NCBI GenBank assembly: GCA_037446635.1
Contig: JBBIIG010000001.1
Span: forward strand, 228,752 to 292,751
Direction: 5' to 3'
Origin: a bacterium
Lineage (GTDB): Bacteria; Zhuqueibacterota; Zhuqueibacteria; Oceanimicrobiales; Oceanimicrobiaceae
DNA length: 64,000 nucleotides
Of this stretch, positions 30,107-38,974 are shown piece by piece. Under the pieces are notes generated by a model that saw only the letters and a program-made list of their open reading frames with translations, was not told the origin of the DNA and made no database searches. Positions within the stretch are counted from its first letter, which is position 1, and each line of letters begins with the position of its first letter. Position numbers and translations under genes: made by a program.

Positions 30107-31357
30107 TCAAACAGCCGACTCAACTTGCACTCCCTCCCAACACACCGCCTCCGTAATATGCTCGCACTGATGGCAACGCGTCGTGCGCCTCGCTTCCGAG
30201 AATTTTGGCAATTCCTGTCCGCCAATGCGGATCGGCTCAGCCGAAATCGGGCGCAACTGGCCGTTGGATGGTAACTGCACCTGCGAGATTGTCGCCTCGG
30301 CCAACGCTTGGATGAACAGCGGGTGCGAATTCAATCCACTGGTGACTTCATAATGCTGAATGCCGAACTCCTTCGCCTGATCGCGAATCAGCATGTTGAG
30401 CTCGAACAGCGTCTCGATGTGATCGGTGACAAACGCCACCGGGATAATGAGCACCGCTTTGTGTCCAGCGTCGGCAAGTTCTTTGAGTTTGTCCGGCGTG
30501 CTGGGCGTCAGCCACTCGGCAGGACCGACTTTGCTTTGAAACGCCACGTGAAATGGCAAATCGCGTCCGCGGAAATTCATCACCTGCTCGACAGTGGAGT
30601 GAATGAGACAGCAATAGGGATCGCGGCGCTTCTTCATTTCATAAAGCGGCGTGCCGTGCGCGCTGAACACGAGCTGCATGTCCTCGCGCGCCTCTTTCGG
30701 AAATCGCTTCAGCCCCTCGTCGATGCGGCTGCTGATGGCCTGCACGAACTTCGGATGCGCCGCGTATTCGTAAACATAGGTCGTTGGCCATTTCGGGATT
30801 TCGCCGTTCTGCTCCAGCATCCACCAATAAACCAGCGACGATCCCGTGGTAGTTTTCGAATACTGCGGATAGAGCGGCAGCAGCACCACTTTGGTCACGC
30901 CATCGCGCTGCATCTGCGCCGCGGCTTCTTCAGAGGTGGGATGCCAGTAGCGCATGGCAATATACACGCGGAATGTCACGCCCGCCGCTTTGCCGTAAGT
31001 CTGATTCAACTCGCGTTCGAGATTCTCGGCCTGCTCGCGCGTGAGTCGGTTGATGGGCGAGCCGCCGCCGATTTTCTGGTAATCGTGTCCCACCCGCTGC
31101 GACCGCCGCGTGGAGATAAATTTCGAAAGCCAATGCCGCAAAATTCCCCCAAACGGCAAATCGATGATCGCGGGATCCATGAACAGATTGTAGAGAAATG
31201 GCTCAACATCGGCGCCGGTGTCCGGCCCGCCGAGGTTCATCAACACCACGCCAATGGTGTCGCCGGACTCGGCTTGAAGCGGTGCGGCGGGATAGTAATT
31301 GCCGGTGATTAATCGTTCATCGTATTTGTATTTTTTGAGAAAGGTTCGAGCGTCCAA
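30107..31357 (-). CDS. hemH: ferrochelatase with Cys-containing C-terminal extension
   Basis: LMNLGGP, IGGGSP, AMRYWHP, LYPQYSKTTTGSS, FSAHG, FQSKVGP.EWL.P, DHIETLFEL. Confidence 0.97.
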   Translation of the reverse strand: MDARTFLKKYKYDERLITGNYYPAAPLQAESGDTIGVVLMNLGGPDTGADVEPFLYNLFMDPAIIDLPFGGILRHWLSKFISTRRSQRVGHDYQKIGGGSPINRLTREQAENLERELNQTYGKAAGVTFRVYIAMRYWHPTSEEAAAQMQRDGVTKVVLLPLYPQYSKTTTGSSLVYWWMLEQNGEIPKWPTTYVYEYAAHPKFVQAISSRIDEGLKRFPKEAREDMQLVFSAHGTPLYEMKKRRDPYCCLIHSTVEQVMNFRGRDLPFHVAFQSKVGPAEWLTPSTPDKLKELADAGHKAVLIIPVAFVTDHIETLFELNMLIRDQAKEFGIQHYEVTSGLNSHPLFIQALAEATISQVQLPSNGQLRPISAEPIRIGGQELPKFSEARRTTRCHQCEHITEAVCWEGVQVESAV

Positions 31358-31390
31358 GTTTCTGACTCCTGATCTGATTTTTAACTACGA

Positions 31391-31578
31391 GGATTAATGG
31401 ATAGTTGGATCAATGGATCAATGAACGGCGAGGAGTGGTGGAGTAATGGAGTGATGGAGTAGTGTAACTCAAAACTCTGCTTTGAGATGCAAACCAGAGG
31501 TTTGCGTTACGTCCAACATCAATCTATTGATCCATTAATCCAATAATCCGACACTCCACCACTCCAATACTCCACCAC
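31391..31578. repeat. inverted arrays of 8-mer repeats (TGGATYRA / GGAGTRRT)
   Basis: ggagtggtggagtaatggagtgatggagtagtg ... actccaccactccaatactccacc; similar tracts at 33024-33190, 40117-40180 and 60319-60350. Confidence 0.75.
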
Positions 31579-31583
31579 TGCAG

Positions 31584-32984
31584 TTATACCGTTCGCGAAT
31601 ACACCGGCGTCTCCTGCGGCTTCGGCTGCTTTAGATATTTGTCGAAAACCATGGCGATGTTGCGGATGAGCAGCCGCCCCATTTCAGTGACGACGATTTT
31701 GCCGTTCGGCCATTCGATGAGTCCGTCGGCGGCGAAGCGTTCCAATTGCGGCAGCGCGTCTTCAAAATAATTGTCAAAGTTGATGTTGAATTTTTTCTCC
31801 ACGCGTGATTTGTCCAATTCGAAATCGCACATGAGGCGCATAATCACATAACGCCGCAACTGATCGTCGTCGGTGAGACGGTAGCCGCGCTGCGTCGCCA
31901 GCTTGCCGCTTTCAATTCGTTTATAGTAGTGCGGGATGTCTTTGAGATTCTGCGCATACACGTTGCGCAACTGACTGATGCTCGACATCCCGAGTCCGTA
32001 GAGATCGCAGCCCCACTTCGTCGAGTAGCCCTGAAAATTGCGGTACAGCGTTTTCTCCCGCAGCGCCTGCGTCAGGGAGTCGTTCTCTTTGGCGAAATGA
32101 TCCATGCCGATGTAAACATAGCCCACCGACGTGAGCTTCTCGATAGTTGTTTTCAAAATGCTCAGTTTCTCTGCAGCTTTTGGCAGTGTGCTTTCGTCAA
32201 TTACGCGTTGATGTTTTTTCATCCACGGCACGTGGGCGTAATTGAAAATGGCCAGACGGTCCGGCGAAATATCGATGATGCGGTCGAGGGTGCGTTGGAA
32301 CGAGGCCTCGGTTTGAAACGGTAGCCCGTAAATCAGGTCGAGGTTGATGCTGTCGAAGCCCCGCGCTCGCAAACCGTCGAAAGCCCAGCGCGTCAGCTCT
32401 TCGGATTGCAGGCGATTGACGGCCTGTTGCACCTGCGGCTCGAAATCCTGTACGCCCATACTGGCGCGATTAAACCCAACGTCGCGCAGGGCGTCGAGAT
32501 GAGCTTCGGTCATGCCGCGCGGATCAATTTCAACGCCAATCTCAGCGTCGGGATGAAATTCGAAATGCTCGCGGGTGGCCGCAAACAAGCGGCGAATCTG
32601 ATCCGGATCGAGGTACGTGGGCGTGCCGCCGCCCCAGTGTAGCTGGGCAACCTTTCTCCCTTTTTTCGTCCGTGCCGCAATAAGTTTGATTTCTTCAATT
32701 ATATAGTTGAGATAATCCTCGATGCGCTGGCGGTTGCGAGTGATGATCATCGTGCAGCCGCAAAAGTAGCACAGCGTGTCGCAAAAAGGCAGATGAAAAT
32801 ACAGCGACAAATCCGCGGGACTTTCGAGCTCGTTGGTTTCGCGAATTTCTTTATCGAATGCTGCCGCCGCGAATCGATCAGTAAATTGCGGCGCGGTGGG
32901 ATAGCTGGTGTAGCGCGGCCCCGGCTGATCGTACCGCCGCAGCATCTCGATGTCTACTTGCAGAGTTTTTGTTGGCGTTGACAT
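31584..32984 (-). CDS. hemN: oxygen-independent coproporphyrinogen III oxidase (radical SAM)
   Basis: GPRYTSYPTA, CDTLCYFCGC, HWGGGTP, IGMDHFA, RNFQGYST. Confidence 0.98.
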   Translation of the reverse strand: MSTPTKTLQVDIEMLRRYDQPGPRYTSYPTAPQFTDRFAAAAFDKEIRETNELESPADLSLYFHLPFCDTLCYFCGCTMIITRNRQRIEDYLNYIIEEIKLIAARTKKGRKVAQLHWGGGTPTYLDPDQIRRLFAATREHFEFHPDAEIGVEIDPRGMTEAHLDALRDVGFNRASMGVQDFEPQVQQAVNRLQSEELTRWAFDGLRARGFDSINLDLIYGLPFQTEASFQRTLDRIIDISPDRLAIFNYAHVPWMKKHQRVIDESTLPKAAEKLSILKTTIEKLTSVGYVYIGMDHFAKENDSLTQALREKTLYRNFQGYSTKWGCDLYGLGMSSISQLRNVYAQNLKDIPHYYKRIESGKLATQRGYRLTDDDQLRRYVIMRLMCDFELDKSRVEKKFNINFDNYFEDALPQLERFAADGLIEWPNGKIVVTEMGRLLIRNIAMVFDKYLKQPKPQETPVYSRTV

Positions 32985-33194
32985 TGACTACTCAATTGGT
33001 TTATTTATGTTCAAGTGGTGAGGGAGTATTGGAGTAATGGAGTTTTGGAGTACTGGGGTACTGAAAAAGGAAACGTCAAACGTGAGACATGAAACGAAAA
33101 TTTTGACTTTTGAAATCTGCAATTTGCAGTCTGCAATTCCATTGATCCATTAATCCATTGATCCAACAATCCAACTCAACACTCCAGAACTCGA

Positions 33195-34259
33195 TTACTC
33201 CATCGAGGAACCCCGCAACTTTTCACTCTCCTCCTTCACAAACTCAACCATGGCCTTTGCGTTTTCCACCGGCGTCTGCGGCAGAATGCCGTGGCCTAAA
33301 TTGAAAACGTGGCCGGCACCATCGCCGGCCTTTTCTAAAATTTTGATGACTTCCGCGCGCAGCCGATCCTTCGGCGCAAACAATGCGCACGGATCTAAAT
33401 TGCCCTGCAACGCGACTCTATCTCCAACTTGTTTGCGAACTAATGCAAGATCGGCGGTCCAGGAAAGTCCGAGGGCATCGGCGCCGATTTTTGACAGCGG
33501 TTCGAGGGAGTAACGCGCATCGCGGGCAAAAACGATGATCGGCTCGCCACTGCGTTTGATGCTCTGCACGACTTGCTTCAAATACGGCAGCGAGAATTCC
33601 CGAAAATCATCGGGGGATAACTGGCCGGCCCAGCTGTCGAAAATCTGCACCACTTGCGCACCGGCTTCAATCTGCGCGCTGAGAAAATCGGCCACAGCGA
33701 CGGTTAGTTTCTCCAACAAATTTTTTAGGAGCCCGGGGGACGTGTACATCAGACTTTTGATTTTCGTGAAATCCTTCGAACCCTGTCCTTCGACCATATA
33801 CGCCGCCAGCGTCCACGGCGCGCCGGCAAATCCGATGAGCGGCACGCGGCCGTTCAATTCTTTGCGAACCAGTTTCAGTGCCTGCAAAACAAAATCGAGA
33901 CCTTCTTCCGGAATCACCGGCCGCAGCTTCTCGAAATCCTTGGGATCGCGCAGTGGCGCCTCGAACACCGGCCCCCGACCTTCGTGAAAATTCAGCGCCA
34001 TGCCCATGGCTTCGGGAATGACGAGAATATCGGAAAAAATAATGGCCGCGTCAACCCCGATAATGTCCACTGGCTGCAGCGTTACCTCGGCGGCCAACTC
34101 CGGCGAGTGGCACATCGTCATGAAATCGGCCTTCGCGCGGACTTTCTGATATTCGGGCAAATAGCGGCCAGCTTGTCGCATGATCCACACTGGCGTTCTC
34201 GGCGTCGGCTCGCGGCGGCAGGCTTTGATGAGCAGATCGTTTTTTAGTTTTTCAGTCAT
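33195..34259 (-). CDS. hemE: uroporphyrinogen decarboxylase
   Basis: PVWIMRQAGRYLPEY, IIFSDIL, GFAGAPWTLA.Y, FNLGHG; start at MTEKLKND. Confidence 0.98.
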   Translation of the reverse strand: MTEKLKNDLLIKACRREPTPRTPVWIMRQAGRYLPEYQKVRAKADFMTMCHSPELAAEVTLQPVDIIGVDAAIIFSDILVIPEAMGMALNFHEGRGPVFEAPLRDPKDFEKLRPVIPEEGLDFVLQALKLVRKELNGRVPLIGFAGAPWTLAAYMVEGQGSKDFTKIKSLMYTSPGLLKNLLEKLTVAVADFLSAQIEAGAQVVQIFDSWAGQLSPDDFREFSLPYLKQVVQSIKRSGEPIIVFARDARYSLEPLSKIGADALGLSWTADLALVRKQVGDRVALQGNLDPCALFAPKDRLRAEVIKILEKAGDGAGHVFNLGHGILPQTPVENAKAMVEFVKEESEKLRGSSME

Positions 34260-34280
34260 TAGCAAAATTCCACTATTCTT

Positions 34281-34309
34281 GTAGGGAACGCATTCTATGC
34301 GTTCCCTAC
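34281..34309. repeat. GTAG-type REP-like palindrome overlapping the hemD stop codon
   Basis: GTAGGGAACGCAT-TCT-ATGCGTTCCCTAC. Confidence 0.8.
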
Positions 34310-35095
34310 TTCGGTATAAAAATCCGCGATGGCTTGGGCTAAATCTGGAATCGTGGATTTCGCCGGCACAATGTTTGCCAGCAATTCCAGCTCGCGCAAC
34401 GCCTCTGCGGTGACGCCGCCAATTGCGGCGATCTTGCATCCGTGTTTCAGCCAGCGTTCTATTTTATCGCGCCCAATTAACGCAACAAAATTTCGAACCG
34501 TCGCGGGACTGGTGAAGGTCAGCACATCAACTGAATGGCCATTGAGCGCTTTGGCAATTTCGGAAGAATTGCATTGCGCTGGCGGTTGATTTTTGTAAAC
34601 TGCCACGGTATCGACCTGCGCGCCTAATTTGACTAACTCATTCACCAAAACCTCGCGACTTTCTTGAGCTTTCGGAATGAGGATTCGCTTCCCGCGCAGG
34701 TCGATCTCGGAGAAAGCTTTCGCCAACCCTTCGGCGCGAAATTCCTCGGGCACGAGATCGACGCGCACGCCGATTTCTTGCAACGCCATTTTCGTTCTTT
34801 CTCCTACGGCTGCGATTTTCGCCGCATTCAATTCGGAAATGGAGCGGCCTCTTCCCTCGAGTCGTTTCACAAAAAATCTCACCCCGTTAACGGAAGTAAA
34901 AATCAGCCAGTCATAGCGAGATAGATTTTCGAGAGCAGCGTCGCAGGCTTCCCATGAATCCGGTGGCACGATTTCAATCGTTGGAATCGCAATCACCTCC
35001 GCGCCCAAATGTTTGAGCGGCGCGATGAGCTCATGCGCTTGATCTTGCGCGCGGGTGACGATGATTCGTTTTCCGGCGAGTGGCTTCTTCATCAC
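34295..35095 (-). CDS. hemD: uroporphyrinogen-III synthase
   Basis: PLAGKRIIVTRA, IFTSVNGV, AAVG..T, FTSPATV. Confidence 0.95.
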   Translation of the reverse strand: MMKKPLAGKRIIVTRAQDQAHELIAPLKHLGAEVIAIPTIEIVPPDSWEACDAALENLSRYDWLIFTSVNGVRFFVKRLEGRGRSISELNAAKIAAVGERTKMALQEIGVRVDLVPEEFRAEGLAKAFSEIDLRGKRILIPKAQESREVLVNELVKLGAQVDTVAVYKNQPPAQCNSSEIAKALNGHSVDVLTFTSPATVRNFVALIGRDKIERWLKHGCKIAAIGGVTAEALRELELLANIVPAKSTIPDLAQAIADFYTEVGNA

Positions 35096-36000
35096 GAGTT
35101 CTCTTTCAAAACCAACGCCACTTTTTCGGCAACGGCCCTGGCCTCTTCAATTCTGCCAGCAACTTTTTCTTTTCTAAAATGACTTCCATCTTCTTCCGCT
35201 ACAAATGCGTGGAAGATCATTTGCCCGCCGTTGATTTCACAAAAGCCGCCCATCGGTGTCTGGCAGCCGCCGCCCATCGCTGCGAGAAATGTGCGCTCGG
35301 CGATGACGGCAATTTCCGTGAGTTGATGATTCAGCGGTTTCAGCAGAGATTCGGTCTCGTGATCGTTTTCACGAATCTCGACGCCCACGGCGCCCTGTCC
35401 TACAGCCGGGATCATCAAATCATAGTTCAAATATTGCTGGATGCGGTGCTGCCAACCCATCCGGGTTAAACCAGCTGCCGCGAGAACGATACCGTCGTAT
35501 TCTTCACTCTCCGCTTTTCGCAGCCGCGTGTCGATGTTACCGCGAATAGCGATGATTTCAAAGTCCGGCCGCAGCGTCAGCAACTGAGATTTTCGTCGCA
35601 AACTGCTGGTGCCGATTTTCGCGCCCGCCGGCATTTCCTCCAAATTCTTTTTAAAGTGCGTCACAAAAACGTCGCGCGGGTCAACTCGCTCGGTGATGGC
35701 GCCAATCTTCAATCCCGCCGGAAATTCAGTTGGTAGGTCTTTCATACTGTGCACCGCAATATCGATTTCATTTTCGAGCAGTTTGTCCTCGATCTCCTTC
35801 ACGAAAACGCCTTTGCCCGGCATCCGGCTCAATGCGGTGTCCAAAACCTTGTCGCCGGTGGTGACGATCTCGATGATCTGAATTTGCAGTTGCGGCTGGA
35901 GTTGCAAAAGCTGGTCGATGACGGCGTGGGTCTGAGCTTTGGCTAACGCACTGCGCCGGGTACCGACGCGCAGTGGTCTATTTAAATCGTAGGAATACAA
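35092..36000 (-). CDS. hemC: hydroxymethylbilane synthase
   Basis: GTRRSALA.AQ, FVKEIE, VHSMKDLP, GTSSLRR, RGNIDTRL, GGGCQTP. Confidence 0.97.
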   Translation of the reverse strand: MYSYDLNRPLRVGTRRSALAKAQTHAVIDQLLQLQPQLQIQIIEIVTTGDKVLDTALSRMPGKGVFVKEIEDKLLENEIDIAVHSMKDLPTEFPAGLKIGAITERVDPRDVFVTHFKKNLEEMPAGAKIGTSSLRRKSQLLTLRPDFEIIAIRGNIDTRLRKAESEEYDGIVLAAAGLTRMGWQHRIQQYLNYDLMIPAVGQGAVGVEIRENDHETESLLKPLNHQLTEIAVIAERTFLAAMGGGCQTPMGGFCEINGGQMIFHAFVAEEDGSHFRKEKVAGRIEEARAVAEKVALVLKENS

Positions 36001-37308
36001 TTACGCTCTGTTTTCTCCGCGAAGCGAATCGGATGACAACCCAAAGAGATTGCGAACGGCAGCGGTGTAGCTCTGGCCGTTGCCCTCGGCAGCTTCCGCT
36101 CGCAAACGCACGATGGGCTGATGCAGCATTTTGTTGACGATGCGCCGAGCCAACTCCTGCACTACCTGCACGTCGTGCTCTGGCAGCTCGGCTTGCAGAC
36201 GGCGCAGCGCGCGTTCCACTTCCTGCGACTGAATATCTTCCGCGAAACTGCGCAGGTCGGTGATCACAGGCGTGACTTCCAGCGACTGCCGCCACGCCGC
36301 AAAATTGGCCATTTCTTGTTCAATGATATTTTTCGCTTTGGTGATTTCCGCGCAGCGTTTGCCGCCGTTGCTGTCCAACTCAGATTTGAGATGATCGATA
36401 TTATAAAGCTTAACTGAATTCAGAGCGCTGACTTCCGGATCGACGTCCCGGGGGACGGCCATGTCAACGATCAGCAGCGGGCGGAACCCACGGTTGGCCA
36501 GCGTTTGCTGCACCATCCCTTTGCTCAACACAACATGCGGCGCGCCAGTCGAGCTGATAACCACGTCCGCATTTTTGAGGCAATCTTCGAGTTTATCAAA
36601 TCCAAAGAATTTGACATTGAGTCTGGCAGCAACGTCTTTCACTTTTTCTTCCGTGCGATTGATCACTGTAACATCGCTTGCCCCACCTTTCAACAGCGCC
36701 TTCACCGCCAACAAACTCATTTTGCCCATGCCGATTACCAAAATGTTGAGACCGGTCAGCCCGCCGAACGATTTCTTCACCAACGCCACCGCGGCATGGC
36801 TGACCGAAGCCGAGTGCTCGCTGAGGGCGGTTTCGGTGCGCACGCGCTTGCCGACGGTCAACGCATTGCGGAACAGCGCCGAAAGCAGCGGCCCAACGGT
36901 TTTGAATTTTTGCGCTGCCTCAAACGCCTCTTTAATTTGACCCTGAATTTGCGCTTCTCCTAAAATCATCGATTTCAAGCCACTGGCAACCGAGAAAAGA
37001 TGCTGCTCCACCTCAGCGCCTTCAAGAACGTAGAGATAGGGCTCAAAATCTTTGCGGGGCGTTTTTTTAAAATTGGAAACAAATTCCTTTATTTGTTGGA
37101 TACCCGCCTGCGCGTTTTTTACCGCCGCATAAATTTCGACGCGATTGCAGGTGGAGAGAATTACGGCTTCTTCAATTTGCGAGTACGAATTTTCATGCTT
37201 GAAGAGTTTGACCAAAGCCTCGGCTAAAATGGAGGGGTGAAAGGCGAGTTTTTCACGAAGTTCTACTGGGGCCGTTTCATGGTTAAGTCCTATCAAAACA
37301 TAGTGCAT
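36001..37308 (-). CDS. hemA: glutamyl-tRNA reductase
   Basis: GLNHETAPVELRE, catalytic STCNR, GEAQI.GQ, IGMGKM, D.AVPRD; start at MHYV. Confidence 0.97.
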   Translation of the reverse strand: MHYVLIGLNHETAPVELREKLAFHPSILAEALVKLFKHENSYSQIEEAVILSTCNRVEIYAAVKNAQAGIQQIKEFVSNFKKTPRKDFEPYLYVLEGAEVEQHLFSVASGLKSMILGEAQIQGQIKEAFEAAQKFKTVGPLLSALFRNALTVGKRVRTETALSEHSASVSHAAVALVKKSFGGLTGLNILVIGMGKMSLLAVKALLKGGASDVTVINRTEEKVKDVAARLNVKFFGFDKLEDCLKNADVVISSTGAPHVVLSKGMVQQTLANRGFRPLLIVDMAVPRDVDPEVSALNSVKLYNIDHLKSELDSNGGKRCAEITKAKNIIEQEMANFAAWRQSLEVTPVITDLRSFAEDIQSQEVERALRRLQAELPEHDVQVVQELARRIVNKMLHQPIVRLRAEAAEGNGQSYTAAVRNLFGLSSDSLRGENRA

Positions 37309-37331
37309 AAGATTGATTCGCCTCAATTACT

Positions 37332-37350
37332 AATAATAACGATTATTATT
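37332..37350. promoter_or_regulatory. Fur/PerR-box-like site in the hemA leader
   Basis: AATAATAACGATTATTATT (ATAAT-N7-ATTAT; 13/19 to GATAATGATAATCATTATC). Confidence 0.45.
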
Positions 37351-37365
37351 TATCGCCGCTGCTTT

Positions 37366-37381
37366 ATCAAAAATAGTGCCA
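37366..37381 (-). promoter_or_regulatory. sigma54 (-24/-12) promoter of the hem operon
   Basis: Minus strand TGGCACTATTTTTGAT against consensus TGGCAC-N5-TTGCW; correct spacing, C to A at -12. Confidence 0.65.
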
Positions 37382-37473
37382 TCAATAGTAGTAGCCCGGC
37401 CCATAACGTTATCCTCTTGAAAATGCAGTTATTATCGTCCCTCTCAAACTTCACTTTTAATGTCCTCCCTGGC

Positions 37474-37501
37474 CGGTTTTTTTCCAATATGAAAAAAACC
37501 G
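37474..37501. promoter_or_regulatory. candidate upstream activator sequence (enhancer)
   Basis: Perfect 11-bp inverted repeat CGGTTTTTTTC-caatat-GAAAAAAACCG about 95-120 bp upstream of the -24 box. Confidence 0.45.
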
Positions 37502-37565
37502 AACTAAATTGAAAAGTCAGATACGACGCCAGCGCTCATAAAAGTGAAATCAACAAAAATTGTTG

Positions 37566-37594
37566 TTGACATTGGAGATTTTTTTTGATATTAT
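37566..37594 (+). promoter_or_regulatory. sigma70 promoter of the iron-uptake unit
   Basis: TTGACA-17 nt-TATTAT with extended -10 TG. Confidence 0.65.
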
Positions 37595-37632
37595 GGTGGC
37601 CTACAAATTCAAATTAGTCAATAACTTAACTC

Positions 37633-37649
37633 ATAATCGGAACGATTAT
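37633..37649. promoter_or_regulatory. Fur-box-like palindrome before the porin RBS
   Basis: ATAATCG-GAA-CGATTAT (ATAAT-N7-ATTAT). Confidence 0.5.
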
Positions 37650-37671
37650 TAAATTGAAGGAGAAAAAACAA

Positions 37672-38970
37672 ATGGCAAGATTTTTGTTGATTTTGGTAAG
37701 CATTTTTTTGGTTTTTGGTTTTCAAGCCGTCGTAGCGCAGCAATCGACCGAGCAGGACACCCTGCGTGAGTTGATGCGCCGCATTGATATCTTAACGGAA
37801 GAAATAGAAAAATCCAAACTGGGCGAAGTGGCCGAGCCAAAATACGAAAGCCGCTTTGGAATGGGGCCGGCGGCGTCGCGAGTTTATCAATTAACTAAAA
37901 CCGGCGTTTCTATTTCAGGCTACGGGGAGGTGGTTTATAATAATTTTGCCCGCGAGCAGGATAACGGCGTTGCAGCCACTCGCCGGGACCAAATTGACTA
38001 CCTGCGCCACATCACCTATTTTGGGTTTCGTTTCAATGATTGGCTGCTTTTCAATTCTGAAATCGAATTTGAACACGCTAAAACCGGCAGCGGTTCACCT
38101 GGAGAGGTTGCGATTGAGTTTGGTTACGTCGAGGCGAGGCTTCATTCCGCTGTCAACTTTCGCGCGGGAATGGTGCTGGTGCCAGTGGGAATTGTGAACG
38201 AATTTCATGAGCCTTCCACCTTTCACGGCGCGCTTCGCCCCGAAACCGAACAGCAGGTCATCCCCACCACCTGGCGAACCAATGGCTTCGGATTTGTTGG
38301 TGAAACCAAAACCGGGGTAGGCTATAAACTCTATCTGATCGAAAGCTTGAACGCCGCCAATTTTTCCTCCAGCGGCATTCGTAGCGGCCGGCAAAACGGC
38401 GCGCAGGCGATCGCGGAAGACCTGGCGATCGCCGGCAAGTTGAATTACACCGGCGTCACTGGTTTGGACATTGGCGGCTCGTTCTACGTCGGCAACACCG
38501 CGCAAGCCCTGACGGACACTTCCGGCAATGAAATTGACGCCCGGCTGGCCTTGTTTTCACTCCATTTTATGTTTGCACGAAAAGGGCTGGAGTTGCGCGG
38601 CCTCTTCGCTCAATCCACCATTTCCGACGTCGAAGAATTGAATGTCGTGCGCGGGTTCACCGGCGCAAATTCCATCGGCGAAAGACAATACGGTTACTAC
38701 TTTACGCTGGCGTATGACCTGCTGCCGCTGCTGGCTAAAGGAACAACGCACTATCTTGCGCCGTTCGTGCAATATGAAAAACTCAACACTCAGGCGGAAG
38801 TGCCCGCTGGCTTTGCCAAAAATCTCGCGCGCGAACGCAGCAACTTGACGCTGGGACTAACCTATAAACCGCATCCCAACGTGGCGTTCAAACTCGATTA
38901 CATCAACCGCGACGACGAGGCCAACAGCGCGCTCGATCAATTTAATGTTGCAGTCAATTACCTGTTCTAA
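37672..38970 (+). CDS. outer-membrane beta-barrel porin with N-terminal coiled coil
   Basis: Signal peptide, short coiled coil, SGYGE, FNSEIEFEH, G..NEFHEP..F, C-terminal Phe. Confidence 0.8.
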   Translation: MARFLLILVSIFLVFGFQAVVAQQSTEQDTLRELMRRIDILTEEIEKSKLGEVAEPKYESRFGMGPAASRVYQLTKTGVSISGYGEVVYNNFAREQDNGVAATRRDQIDYLRHITYFGFRFNDWLLFNSEIEFEHAKTGSGSPGEVAIEFGYVEARLHSAVNFRAGMVLVPVGIVNEFHEPSTFHGALRPETEQQVIPTTWRTNGFGFVGETKTGVGYKLYLIESLNAANFSSSGIRSGRQNGAQAIAEDLAIAGKLNYTGVTGLDIGGSFYVGNTAQALTDTSGNEIDARLALFSLHFMFARKGLELRGLFAQSTISDVEELNVVRGFTGANSIGERQYGYYFTLAYDLLPLLAKGTTHYLAPFVQYEKLNTQAEVPAGFAKNLARERSNLTLGLTYKPHPNVAFKLDYINRDDEANSALDQFNVAVNYLF

Positions 38971-38974
38971 CCAG

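Noticed and set aside
30150..30185. CHQCEH in HemH as a heme c attachment site
   Set aside because: Spacing is CxxCxH, not CxxCH, and the protein is cytoplasmic
34260..34439. 60-aa N-terminal extension of HemE in the ORF track
   Set aside because: Overlaps hemD and a REP; the family start matches MTEKLKND at 34259
37408..37432. IHF-like site between the sigma54 promoter and the enhancer candidate
   Set aside because: TATCCTCTTGAAA has two mismatches to the consensus in AT-rich DNA; too weak to call
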